A stretch of 64,000 nt of DNA from Nitrososphaerota archaeon (GTDB lineage Archaea; Thermoproteota; Nitrososphaeria_A; Caldarchaeales; Calditenuaceae). The notes beneath the pieces were generated by a model, which ran no database searches, was not told where the DNA came from, and worked only from the letters and a program-made list of their open reading frames with translations. The stretch lies in NCBI GenBank assembly GCA_038845265.1, contig JAWBQR010000006.1, positions 32,001 to 96,000 of the forward strand, in the 5' to 3' direction. Below, one piece after another: positions 27,984 through 37,673 of the stretch. The position numbers and the translations under genes were made by a program. How positions within the stretch are numbered: position 1 is the stretch's first letter; each line of letters starts with the position of its first letter.

Positions 27984-28966
27984 TAATCTTCTCCATATTT
28001 AGAGTTGTGATTATTATTCTCCACTTGGTATTGCTGTTCCTTTAGCTTCTTGATTAATACCGGAAGAAATTCATATAGATCAGCGATTACTGAATAGTCT
28101 GCTTCTTTATGAATGGGAGCGTTTGGATCATTATTTATAGCTATTATTGTTTTAGCATTTTTTATGCCTATTGTGTGTTGTATTTGGCCAGAGATGCCGA
28201 TGGCTATGTAGATGCTTGCCCGTATCCAATTCCCGGATAGTCCGATATGTCTATCATCAGGTAGCCAGTTTAGGTCGCCTGATATGGGCCGGCTGCATCC
28301 CATCTCTGCCCCAATCAACCTACTTAATTCTTCAGCAAGATTGAGATCTTCCTTCTTTCGAAATCCCTTACCGACTGCGACAACCCTATCTGCAGATGAG
28401 AGATCAGCCCCACTCTTAACTCCTAGTCTTTTCTCAATTATTTCAATATCTCCTTGTATGTGAATGTTTTTTGAGTTAACTGACGTTATTACTGGGTTTT
28501 TACTCGTCATGAAGGTTGTGGATTTAAATGCATCAGGCTGTAAAGTAACAAAAACTGGACACGTAATTAAGTCCTGCGTCGCGATATACCCTCCACCCAG
28601 AACAGGTCTACATATTCTGAAATTTTCTCCAATTTTTTCAATGTTGATGCAATTGTTTGCGCAAGCAGCGCCTATTCGCTGGGCTGCCCTTCCAAAAATT
28701 TCTCTCACGTTCTTTTTTGCCTCACCCACGACAAGCCTTGGCTTCTTCTCTGCTACGACATGTGTCAATATCTTAGAGATATATGTAGGAATGGGCGGTG
28801 ATCGGTAAGTTATTATTTCTGAGACACCATACCTCGAGGCCCCCTCAACATTAACTAAGTCCTCGTGGCTCATTATCAATAGTGGATTTAATCCCAAAGA
28901 TGCAGATGTAGATAGGAGTTCAGGAACATGCCTCCAGTCATCTGCAAATATCAATGCTCCGTTCAT
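27983..28966 (-). CDS. etfA: Electron transfer flavoprotein alpha subunit
   Basis: VVAVGKG, GCSRP, IGLSG, YIAIGISGQIQHTIG, IAINNDPNAPI. Confidence 0.93.
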   Translation of the reverse strand: MNGALIFADDWRHVPELLSTSASLGLNPLLIMSHEDLVNVEGASRYGVSEIITYRSPPIPTYISKILTHVVAEKKPRLVVGEAKKNVREIFGRAAQRIGAACANNCINIEKIGENFRICRPVLGGGYIATQDLITCPVFVTLQPDAFKSTTFMTSKNPVITSVNSKNIHIQGDIEIIEKRLGVKSGADLSSADRVVAVGKGFRKKEDLNLAEELSRLIGAEMGCSRPISGDLNWLPDDRHIGLSGNWIRASIYIAIGISGQIQHTIGIKNAKTIIAINNDPNAPIHKEADYSVIADLYEFLPVLIKKLKEQQYQVENNNHNSKYGED

Positions 28967-28970
28967 CTGT

Positions 28971-29753
28971 TCACTCCCATCCTTCAGATTGAATGATGGT
29001 TATTACTTTACGAGCAATTTCTTCTAGACTGCCAGATAGAACTACATTCTTTCGTTTAGTCTTTATTACCTTTACTTCCTGTAGTTTGACGAGACTTCTG
29101 AACCTTTCTCTCGGTAAATTGATAGAGTCAAGCGGTATAAAATTTATTGGTTTTTTTGATGCCGCCCTAATCATTAACACACTCGGTAGTCTAGGTGTAT
29201 TGATTTCAAGACATACAGATACTACTGCTGGTAATTTTGCTTTTAAGGTTTCTATACCGTCTTCTACGATGCGCTCAGCGATAATGTAGTCACCCATAAT
29301 CTCTAACTTTACGGCATGCGTAACGCTGGGCAGATCTAGTTCTTCAGCAATCCTGGGCCCTACTTGATATGCCCCTTCATCCAGTGATGATTCTCCGCAG
29401 AGAATGAGATCGGGAATACCGGCCACCCTCGAGAGATACGCTAGAATGTTTGCATAAACCCACTGATCAGCATTCCTCAATCGGGAATCGCTGACCACAT
29501 ATGCTTCGTCAGCACCCATAGCAAGCGCTTCCCTCAGTACTGCGGGTCTTACATCATGACCAACACATAGTAGACTGACTTTTCCATCCATCTTCTCTTT
29601 GATCCTGACAGCCTCCTCAATAGCATTTAATTCAGCATCTCCGATCCTGAATTCAGCCTTTTCAATCATTGGACTAAGCGTTGTTGGGTCAAACTCGAGT
29701 GAATTTACATCTACTGACTGTTTAATACAGACATGTATGTTCAGCATATCCAC
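28971..29753 (-). CDS. etfB: Electron transfer flavoprotein beta subunit
   Basis: VCIKQSVD, AIEEA, ALAMGAD, LILCGESSLD…QVGPRIAE.L, NTPRLPS. Confidence 0.93.
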   Translation of the reverse strand: MDMLNIHVCIKQSVDVNSLEFDPTTLSPMIEKAEFRIGDAELNAIEEAVRIKEKMDGKVSLLCVGHDVRPAVLREALAMGADEAYVVSDSRLRNADQWVYANILAYLSRVAGIPDLILCGESSLDEGAYQVGPRIAEELDLPSVTHAVKLEIMGDYIIAERIVEDGIETLKAKLPAVVSVCLEINTPRLPSVLMIRAASKKPINFIPLDSINLPRERFRSLVKLQEVKVIKTKRKNVVLSGSLEEIARKVITIIQSEGWE

Positions 29754-29798
29754 TATACTCTAAATCATAGTTACTTAATGATTATTTCTATATCTTCC

Positions 29799-30540
29799 CT
29801 ATTTTATGTAACCTTTCCTGAGTCTTTCAAGGAGCGGTATTTCTCCTAGTTTTCTAGGAGAGAGAAGGCTCCAGATAATTCCTGATGGACGAGGCCTGCG
29901 CGGCAAGACCTCTATTACTCTATTATTTGTAAAGATATAGTCAACTGGCACGTCATATCTCTCATAAGGAATGTATTCAACAATTTGCAGCTCATGGACA
30001 GTAGTAGTAATAGGTGTGTCTTCACTGATCTTGTTAAGCATCCTAAACATAGCGTACTCGATCTCAGAGTATCCTTCACCTTTACCAAGTCGCCAACCAT
30101 CCTTTGTGACTGCAACCGACCCAACGACAATTAGATCTATTTTCGGAAGATATTCTAGTTCTGTTTTTTTTACCAAAGACGTAACTTCCCCTAATTGTTG
30201 AGGCGAAGTCAATTTTGTCTTTTGGCACATTTTCGGGATCAATCATTAAAAATCCATTCCTAATCCTGGGCGTCGGCATTATCAATCGCTTTCCATCCAT
30301 TAGGCACTTCATCCTTACGAACTTTTGAGGAGAATCTGGACTTACTTTTACGACCGTGGCGCTTCGATAAATATCGTGACTACATAACAAAGCAGCCGCC
30401 CTTGAGGCACCAATAAAGTTAGGAATTCTTCCGAATATAGGCTTAGGAAACGTGGCTACTCCACTTTCCTCAAGCTTATTCCAAACAAGCATCCTGATTC
30501 TCTGCTTTTCCGACATTATTTGCTCATTACTCAAGATCAA
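29799..30540 (-). pseudogene. 5-formyltetrahydrofolate cyclo-ligase-like (MTHFSD-like) gene split by a 1-nt frameshift in an A8 run
   Basis: N-half (…GRIPNFIGA…KVSPDSPQ…MPTPRI…FGKK) lies in ORF 30082-30540; C-half (TELEYLPKIDLIVVGSVAV…RLGKGEGYSEIEY…TTVH…DVPVD) lies in ORF 29799-30242. The join is at T8 (30164-30171); A7 would restore one frame. Confidence 0.8.
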
Positions 30541-32539
30541 ATACCTCGGCGATATCTAGGACCTGCATTTTATTTAATCCAACCATCTTGGCAGCATCCT
30601 CAAGCATTAGGAGGCAGAAGGGGCACTCCACTACTAAAACCTCGGCACCCGTCGTAGCAGCCTCTTCAATCCTAAATATGCTTTCCTTCTTTATTCTTTT
30701 GATCTCGAACCAGAAGTTACCACCGCCGCCCCCACAGCAAAAAGTTTCTCTGCCATGTCTTTTCATATCTATTAATTTTGCATCTCTAAGAGCCATCCTC
30801 GGCTCTTTGATTATGCTGTTAAATCGTGAAAGATAGCAAGAATCATGTAATGTCAACTTAACAAAGTTCCTTAATCTTAATTTTCCACTATTCACTAGCA
30901 TATTTAGAAGTTCAGTGTGATGAATAACTTTCAGACTCAAACCTAGATCTTTATATTCATTTTTAAAAATATTATAACAATGCGGACAATGAGTCAGTAT
31001 TTTTCTATCAGAGAATTTATTCAATAGACCAATGTTTTGATATGCAAGTTCTTGAAATCTACCTTCTTCACCAATTCTGCGGGCAGGATCTCCTGTGCAG
31101 TTTTCTCCAGGACCAATAATGGCAAAACTCACACCACATTTAATCATAACTTTTATAAGAGACTTAGCTACCTTACGTATTCTCTCATCACAAAGAGCCA
31201 TGCATCCAAGCCAATATATGTATTCAGCTTCGGGATACTCATCAATAGTTTTTGCTCCGATTGCCTTTAGCTCCTTAATTGCTGCTTCTTTGTATGATCG
31301 TGGAAGACCGTATGGATTCTGAGTGCGAGCCAGGTTTGAAAGTATTCTTGTAACATGTCTATCTAGTTTTCCCTCGGATGCTATTGCTCTCCGTGCTTCT
31401 AATATATATTCAAGTGGATTAATCATGACTGGGCAGGAATCAAAACATGCACCACAAGTCGTGCATGCATAAATCTCTTCGAGATTAAGTATTCCAACAT
31501 TAAATAAATCCTCACTAATCGAGGATAAATGCTGTTGCACGGAGCGAAGCTTCTGAACTAGATTCCTTGGCGAGAGAAGAGTTCCGGAAGCAGTAGCTGG
31601 ACATGCCTCCTCACACCTTCCGCAATCAGTACATGCATCAATGGCAAGTCTTTGTAGAGGCGCAAGATCGACTACTTTTTTAAATCCAACTTTTATTTCA
31701 ATATCTATTTTGTCGAGGATTTCTGTCAATCTAAAAGGAGTAGCAGGTATGTAAAGTACTGGTTCTCTAATACTCATATATGATGCATTAAGCGCTCCTA
31801 AAACGGTATGAAGTATATTTGTAAATGGAGCAACTGCAAGCAATGAAAAAGCAGCTAATGCATGAATCCACCAAATTGACTGATATGCAACAATGATTAT
31901 CGTTTTCTCAACTATAGTTGTCTTTACAACTTCAGATATTAAATATCCAATAAAAGAATATCTTGACCAGTGTACACTGGTTAGGTAGAGTCTGAACCCT
32001 TCAATTATAAAACCTGTTAAGCATATGAAAATCAAGATATAAAGTATCGCAAGGTGTTCTTTTTTCATTCTTAATCTTTTTAACCTTGATCGTCCTACTC
32101 TTCTCTTAATTGCAATAATCAAACCAACTATAAGTAGTACTCCGAAAAAATCGAGTAAGAATTCATATAACAAATAATAATTACCTATTAATAATTTGAT
32201 TTTAAATAAACTTAATATATTATCATCAATAAAAATCAATATAGTTCCTAGAAAAAGCACGAATATACCATACATTATCATTATGTGCATTATGCCGCTC
32301 TTCCTATCCCACAGCAGCTTCACTTGCAACAATACATTTTTTATGAGAGAAGAAAAATTAATTAATCTTGGATTAAAAAGTGATCTAATTGCATTCATAC
32401 CTCCATACGTCTTTAACCTAAGATAGATGCCATAGAGAAAGACTGAGAAAAATGGTGCTAAGACTAGGTAAATAACAAGTCCCGTCCCGCTAGGCATTAA
32501 TCCAAAGCTTTCCCTAAATGGCGTATATAGATCCTCCAT
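30527..32539 (-). CDS. Membrane Fe-S oxidoreductase of FadF/EtfD/EMO type (heme-b TM domain, 2x[4Fe-4S], two CCG domains)
   Basis: TM region with His (IMHIM, WIHAL, ILHT); CTDCGRCEEACP and CTTCGACFDSCP; CTG…CPHC and HDSC…CCGG…CPFC; adjacent to etfBA. Confidence 0.85.
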   Translation of the reverse strand: MEDLYTPFRESFGLMPSGTGLVIYLVLAPFFSVFLYGIYLRLKTYGGMNAIRSLFNPRLINFSSLIKNVLLQVKLLWDRKSGIMHIMIMYGIFVLFLGTILIFIDDNILSLFKIKLLIGNYYLLYEFLLDFFGVLLIVGLIIAIKRRVGRSRLKRLRMKKEHLAILYILIFICLTGFIIEGFRLYLTSVHWSRYSFIGYLISEVVKTTIVEKTIIIVAYQSIWWIHALAAFSLLAVAPFTNILHTVLGALNASYMSIREPVLYIPATPFRLTEILDKIDIEIKVGFKKVVDLAPLQRLAIDACTDCGRCEEACPATASGTLLSPRNLVQKLRSVQQHLSSISEDLFNVGILNLEEIYACTTCGACFDSCPVMINPLEYILEARRAIASEGKLDRHVTRILSNLARTQNPYGLPRSYKEAAIKELKAIGAKTIDEYPEAEYIYWLGCMALCDERIRKVAKSLIKVMIKCGVSFAIIGPGENCTGDPARRIGEEGRFQELAYQNIGLLNKFSDRKILTHCPHCYNIFKNEYKDLGLSLKVIHHTELLNMLVNSGKLRLRNFVKLTLHDSCYLSRFNSIIKEPRMALRDAKLIDMKRHGRETFCCGGGGGNFWFEIKRIKKESIFRIEEAATTGAEVLVVECPFCLLMLEDAAKMVGLNKMQVLDIAEVFDLE

Positions 32540-32626
32540 TTTTTCGAATATGTATTAATAATCTACATATTTCAACATTCTTCACTACTACATATAAATA
32601 TTGAAACTGAGTAGATAAGAATCTAG

Positions 32627-32821
32627 ATGAAGAATTACCTGATAGTGAAGTGCTCAAATTGTGGTGAGGTTAGAGTTACTACTGCGTCAAAGACATTTAG
32701 ATGTTATAAATGCGGAAAAATAAATAGATTAGAGAAGGAGAACATTCTTGCTTATGCATCAGATGCGGAAGAAGCAAGGATGACTATCCTCAAATTAAAA
32801 CAATACCCACTAGATAAGTAA
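32627..32821 (+). CDS. Small zinc-ribbon protein (DUF1922-like)
   Basis: YLIVKCSNCG…FRCYKCGK…AEEAR. Confidence 0.7.
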   Translation: MKNYLIVKCSNCGEVRVTTASKTFRCYKCGKINRLEKENILAYASDAEEARMTILKLKQYPLDK

Positions 32822-32824
32822 AAA

Positions 32825-33973
32825 TTAAGAGTGAAGTTCTATCACTCTTGGTTCATAGTTCCTAAGTCCATTAAATCTACTGGGGTCAAAGGTAGTAGGC
32901 AGCTCTTTCCATGCGTCTCTTACTAATGCGTGTACTAGCAGTTCTGCCATTGCTGGTGCCCGCATTATTCCATAACCATTTAATCCGTCGAAGATGTATG
33001 CGTTATCAAATCCTGGAATTCTACCTAGTACTGGATATCCATCAGGAGTTGTGCTGCATGGACCTGACCATCCACTAATGACTTTTATCTCGGATGGATC
33101 TACGAATCGATCGCATATTTTTTCTGCCAAATCTTCTATGTATTCTGGCTCAGCTCTGTTTGGATAGCTATCTGGGTCTTCGATAATCTTGGCGTAACCG
33201 TTTCCGATAACTAAACGAGTGGCTCCTTCCGGCCTCATATAAATGTGTGAGTCTTGGAAATAGAGTGGAATAATCTTCATATTCGCTGGTTTTGAAAAAG
33301 TTAATGCTTGACATACATAGATTGTAGTTGGTAATTGCCATATTCCCAAGCGATTAATTAGGGTCTTGTTCCATGCCCCTGCTGCAAAGACATAATGTTC
33401 ACCGTTAAACTCAGTTGAGCCGTCGCTCTTGATTGATTTAATTACCCTATCATCTTTCTCTACGCTTTTGACCGTCGTATATTCATAAATATCTACATTT
33501 AAGTTCTTTAGCACTTTTCTGATTGCTTGGTACAATAATGAAATATCAATTATGATATCATGAGGCGTATAGACCCCTAACTCGCTATCCCTAATTATAA
33601 TGCCCGGCACAAATTCTCTCAACTCATCGCTACTTAACAATGAATGAGTAACTCCCAAGTTACTTAGCATTTTGCTGCTCTCTTTTGCCATCCAGCTCTC
33701 TTCTATTGATAAGAATCCACATTTATTACGAATCTCCTCGAAGTCATACTTGTCTGCAAATTCGTCATATAACTCTAAACTTCTTTTAGAAAGCTTCACA
33801 TCAATCTCTAATGCCAGTTGAGTAGTGTGGATTCCTGCACATCTTCCTGTCCCTCCAGACCCTAATAATCCCGATTCTACAAGTACTACTTTTTTCCCAA
33901 TCGATGCTGCAATGTATGCGGTCCAGATGCCACTTATTCCACCGCCTATGATTACCAAGTCATAGCTATTCAT
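32825..33973 (-). CDS. FAD-dependent oxidoreductase, DAO/sarcosine oxidase beta-like
   Basis: IIGGGISG, GSGGTGRCAG, AAGAW, WSG…TPDGYPVLG, GLNGYGIMRAP. Confidence 0.88.
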   Translation of the reverse strand: MNSYDLVIIGGGISGIWTAYIAASIGKKVVLVESGLLGSGGTGRCAGIHTTQLALEIDVKLSKRSLELYDEFADKYDFEEIRNKCGFLSIEESWMAKESSKMLSNLGVTHSLLSSDELREFVPGIIIRDSELGVYTPHDIIIDISLLYQAIRKVLKNLNVDIYEYTTVKSVEKDDRVIKSIKSDGSTEFNGEHYVFAAGAWNKTLINRLGIWQLPTTIYVCQALTFSKPANMKIIPLYFQDSHIYMRPEGATRLVIGNGYAKIIEDPDSYPNRAEPEYIEDLAEKICDRFVDPSEIKVISGWSGPCSTTPDGYPVLGRIPGFDNAYIFDGLNGYGIMRAPAMAELLVHALVRDAWKELPTTFDPSRFNGLRNYEPRVIELHS

Positions 33974-34236
33974 GCTGAGAATTATCTAACTCGTAGCTGA
34001 GCTTTAAACCTCTGCTTGTATATTAGGCATATTTTCAAAATTATATTATAACTTGTAAATTATCTAAATAAATATCTGAAAAAATATTATAGGAGTTATC
34101 AATAATGAGCCTTTATAACTAAAACTGACAGTATATTTACCCAGTTAACATTAGAGCTTTTTATAAATGATGACTTAATATATTATTTAAAAAACTTAAA
34201 ATTAGTGCTACTAATGCTTTTTTATAAATCTTAATT

Positions 34237-35595
34237 TTACTGTGTAATACGCATATATTCTTTAAGTATTCTGACGAATTTTTCAACAACTTCGACTGCA
34301 TTTTTTCCGGTTATCAATATCATTGGTTCCTTGCCCCAATCGCCTGTGTGGTAGATGAGGTCGGTGATTTCTCCAGTATTTTCATATGCCTTTTTTACTC
34401 CCCACTTGATGGTCATTCCTTCTCTTTTCTTAATTTCCTCAGGCTCCTCAGCTCTGGTATAACTACTAATCTTCATTCCTAAACTTTTTGCTAATTCGAT
34501 TATCTTTTCCGAATATGCAATATTCATTGCTGCTCGTATTGAGGGATTTATGGATGAAATGGTCAAGACTGCGTTTGCCACATGTTTAGATCCTCCAGGC
34601 CGAGGGCATGATGATGCTTTAAGTTTGTTTCCTATCCTGACGATCCTTCCAGGAATACCGATTACGTCTTGTATCCCTTGAGCATATGGTATGGCTTCTG
34701 CTATATTAATCATCGATTCTGGTGATAGTTTACCTGCTCCGTCTAGTTTTTCAATCAGCTCTACGGCTTTTTCTACATTCTCAATTGCTGTCAAGAGAGA
34801 GGAATTTCGGTAAACGACCCAGCTGGGATTAACTGGGCCTACTCCTCTGCCAAGTTCTAATCCATGCTTAATTGCATTGAACACAAAATTTTTAGCAGTC
34901 TTAACAGCCTCCGTAATTGTGCTTCCTTTTGCGAGTTCTGCAGCAATTGCCGAGGCGAAAACGCACCCCGTTCCATGTGTAGTCCTATCAGGCAATCTTT
35001 CACTTCTATATTCTTTATATTCACCATCAATGTAAAGGACGTCGATAACTTCCGTATTGGTTATGTGTCCACCTTTAACCACCACCGCCTTCGCTCCTAG
35101 GTCTGCTATTAATCTAGCTGCTCTCCGCTGAGATTCAAGATCCGTTATTGGCTTACCAGTAAGAGCCTCAGCCTCTCTTGCGTTAGGTGTCACGACAGTC
35201 GATATAGATATTAGATACTTCTTAAGCGCATCTATTGCTTCATCTTCAAGAAGTTTTGCTCCACTCTTTGCGACCATCACTGGATCTACAACTATCGGGA
35301 CATTCAGTTTAGAAAGCTCTTGGCTTACGGCTATTATTATGTCTTTTGTGTGAAGCATGCCAGTCTTTATAGCATCGACCCCAATATCCTCAACACATAA
35401 TCTTATCTGCTCCAATACTATCTCTGGCTCCATGTCTACTATCTTGGTTACTAGATAAGTGTTTTGTGCAGTTATTGAAGTGATGGCTGACATGCCATGG
35501 ACGCCCAGCGCGGCGAATGTCTTTAAGTCAGCCTGGATTCCTGCTCCGCCTCCTGAATCTGAGCCAGCGATTGTCAAAGCTCTGGGAAGTTTAAT
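34237..35595 (-). CDS. thiD: Bifunctional HMP/HMP-P kinase - thiamine-phosphate synthase (ThiDN)
   Basis: [33 protein letters not shown], followed by ThiN domain ([19 protein letters not shown]). Start probably ATT at 35595 (track start TTG at 35577). Confidence 0.93.
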   Translation of the reverse strand: MKLPRALTIAGSDSGGGAGIQADLKTFAALGVHGMSAITSITAQNTYLVTKIVDMEPEIVLEQIRLCVEDIGVDAIKTGMLHTKDIIIAVSQELSKLNVPIVVDPVMVAKSGAKLLEDEAIDALKKYLISISTVVTPNAREAEALTGKPITDLESQRRAARLIADLGAKAVVVKGGHITNTEVIDVLYIDGEYKEYRSERLPDRTTHGTGCVFASAIAAELAKGSTITEAVKTAKNFVFNAIKHGLELGRGVGPVNPSWVVYRNSSLLTAIENVEKAVELIEKLDGAGKLSPESMINIAEAIPYAQGIQDVIGIPGRIVRIGNKLKASSCPRPGGSKHVANAVLTISSINPSIRAAMNIAYSEKIIELAKSLGMKISSYTRAEEPEEIKKREGMTIKWGVKKAYENTGEITDLIYHTGDWGKEPMILITGKNAVEVVEKFVRILKEYMRITQ

Positions 35596-35615
35596 ACATC
35601 ATCACCTCATCATCA

Positions 35616-36176
35616 TTAAAGTTTGACAATGCAATCAACAATGTTTGATAAATCTTCAATATATTGCTTTTCTCTAATAGTTATTCCCGACCCCTTATCA
35701 TCAGAGAGTTTTCTTCCGTAATATGCAGTTCCTACGAAAGTTGCTGCATTCTTAATGACGATATTTAGTTTAGAAACATCTCCGGCATGAGCATATATTG
35801 TCAAGTCATTAATCAAAAGTATATCAGTCGGATTGAGAATGTATCTATCAATTAATTTATCAGTGATTTCATAGTTTTTAGCAGCGATCTTCAGTACTTC
35901 GTCTGGTGTTTTTCCAGTGAGTCTGGGCGGCCTTATATCATCAGAATAGAGATATCGTATTTTAGTGCATAGTGATGCGTCATAGTCCAATACTCTTCCA
36001 CCTATATTAAATATTTTTGGAGGAGCCATATCGATGACTGTAACCTTGGTTGATAACTCGTTAGAAATAAGTTGTCTGACAAGATGGATAAGAAGTCTTG
36101 TTTTCCCCGTCCCGACTTCTCCGATTATCAATGTTTTTTTATTTAAAATTTTAGATAAATCTATTTTGTTATTCAT
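35616..36176 (-). CDS. Small uncharacterised P-loop NTPase
   Basis: Walker A GEVGTGKT and Walker B-like ILLIND; lies between thiW and thiD. Confidence 0.7.
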   Translation of the reverse strand: MNNKIDLSKILNKKTLIIGEVGTGKTRLLIHLVRQLISNELSTKVTVIDMAPPKIFNIGGRVLDYDASLCTKIRYLYSDDIRPPRLTGKTPDEVLKIAAKNYEITDKLIDRYILNPTDILLINDLTIYAHAGDVSKLNIVIKNAATFVGTAYYGRKLSDDKGSGITIREKQYIEDLSNIVDCIVKL

Positions 36177-36186
36177 AAATTATCAC

Positions 36187-36756
36187 TTATTTGAAGTATT
36201 GTGGTAGTGCTTTACTAAGCATAATTAATGTTAAATATGCGATTACGCTTCCAGGCACTGAGCTTACGGCCCAGCCAGCCCAGAATATAACTAGGCCAGC
36301 TAGTAATCCATGCTGTCTCAGAATGGCTAATTGTGGCTCTATATTCATTAATGGCGCAATTATTAATAATGATAGAGTGCCGCCTATTAGGACAGTTCCA
36401 ACTGGCTCCGCAAATGCGCAGGAATATTTAATGAGTGGATTATTACTTTTCTTTGTGAGTTTGTATGCTAATCCCACCGTTATAACTCCTGGAATTCCGC
36501 CCGGATATGCAAATATTGTTCCAAGGCCCAGCATAATCCTTAGCGTGCCAACTATTAGAGGTACTAAAACTCCGTATAGAGGGCCTATTAATACTCCAGC
36601 TAAAGAATTGACAAAATGTTGTCCGGGAAATGCCTTTGTGCCGAGAAAGCTGAACCATACAAATGGCGCTAAGACTAATCCGAGGATCGAGAGGACGATT
36701 GTCATGCTTATTGTCCTGGAGTTCATTTTTCTTATGGATGAGGACTTTTTGGTCAC
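36187..36756 (-). CDS. thiW: ECF transporter S-component ThiW (thiazole precursor uptake)
   Basis: KAFPGQHFVN.LAGVL.GP, R…G.GTIFAYPG…G, EPVGTVLIG, SSVPG. Confidence 0.9.
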   Translation of the reverse strand: MTKKSSSIRKMNSRTISMTIVLSILGLVLAPFVWFSFLGTKAFPGQHFVNSLAGVLIGPLYGVLVPLIVGTLRIMLGLGTIFAYPGGIPGVITVGLAYKLTKKSNNPLIKYSCAFAEPVGTVLIGGTLSLLIIAPLMNIEPQLAILRQHGLLAGLVIFWAGWAVSSVPGSVIAYLTLIMLSKALPQYFK

Positions 36757-36795
36757 TAATAAATCGATGAATAAGTAGGTTATAATTATTTAATA

Positions 36796-37194
36796 TTATT
36801 TTAATCCCCAAAAGATCTTTCTGTAAGGTGTTACTTTAATTATCGCGGCCTCTCCTTCATCCCAACGGTCTACTCTTGCCCAGTAAAACTTTTTGAAGAA
36901 TAGCTTTGAGACCTCCTTGAATTCTTCGCCTTCTGTTAAAATAGATGCTCTGCCCCACATGAGTATTGCCTTATTCGGTTTATATGTATCGATTAATATT
37001 GCAACTTCTGGGTTATTTTTAATATTTCTCAGCTTAGCTGTGCCAAGATCGGTAACCATATAAAAATTATTATTATAGAATATATAACAAATAGGCACTA
37101 TATGCGGCTTACCATCGGGCATCAGTGTAGCGAGTCTACATAGTTCATTATTATGAATAAATTCAATCTCTGCTTTAGAGAATTTTATACCCAT
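36796..37194 (-). CDS. Pyridoxamine 5'-phosphate oxidase-like (split-barrel, FMN/F420) protein
   Basis: CRLATLMPDGKPHIVPI, KLRNIKNNPEVAILID. Confidence 0.85.
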   Translation of the reverse strand: MGIKFSKAEIEFIHNNELCRLATLMPDGKPHIVPICYIFYNNNFYMVTDLGTAKLRNIKNNPEVAILIDTYKPNKAILMWGRASILTEGEEFKEVSKLFFKKFYWARVDRWDEGEAAIIKVTPYRKIFWGLK

Positions 37195-37253
37195 CCCACT
37201 TCATCTTAATAATAAAATTTATCAGGTACATTATAGAGTTTTAGCATCAAAAA

Positions 37254-37655
37254 ATGAAGAGCTGGCGTGGATGGAGAGTGATTCTAGCAATATGCTATAC
37301 ATTAATCGTTGTCTATTTTTCACTTATCGATCTTAAACCATTAGAAACAAATCCATTAGGAGAATATTTTATCGAGATTCATATTGTGGGTGAAGGATTC
37401 ATTATTCATTTAATTGCATACTTTTTTATGGGATATTTATGGAGAAGCTCAGGTTTAAGCTTCGTAAGAAGTTTTTTAACGTGCTTTTTAACAGGCTTTA
37501 TGATTGAACTAGCTCAGAGCTTTACGAGTACGAGAATATTTTCGCTGTTTGACAATTTGGCAAATGGCTTAGGAAGCCTGCTCGGAATTATTTTACATCT
37601 CTACATAAATTATTACAGAACAGGATTTGGTAAGATACGTAGGCTTATTATATAG
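37254..37655 (+). CDS. VanZ-like membrane protein
   Basis: HLIAYF…IELAQSF..R..S..D..ANGLG. Confidence 0.8.
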   Translation: MKSWRGWRVILAICYTLIVVYFSLIDLKPLETNPLGEYFIEIHIVGEGFIIHLIAYFFMGYLWRSSGLSFVRSFLTCFLTGFMIELAQSFTSTRIFSLFDNLANGLGSLLGIILHLYINYYRTGFGKIRRLII

Positions 37656-37673
37656 TATGGTTATTAACAAATA

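Noticed and set aside
35597-35618. Two RTGATGA box C-like motifs between the P-loop gene and thiD
   Set aside because: No properly spaced box D or guide regions; explained by stop codons plus the GAGGTGA SD
36191-36778. 195-aa plus-strand ORF opposite thiW, and similar antisense ORFs throughout the hyp/hdr region
   Set aside because: Fully overlapped by well-supported genes on the other strand; no recognisable motifs
36765-36795. ATAAG-TAG-GTTAT imperfect palindrome upstream of thiW as a ThiR site
   Set aside because: Short, imperfect and AT-rich; no second copy identified to support it
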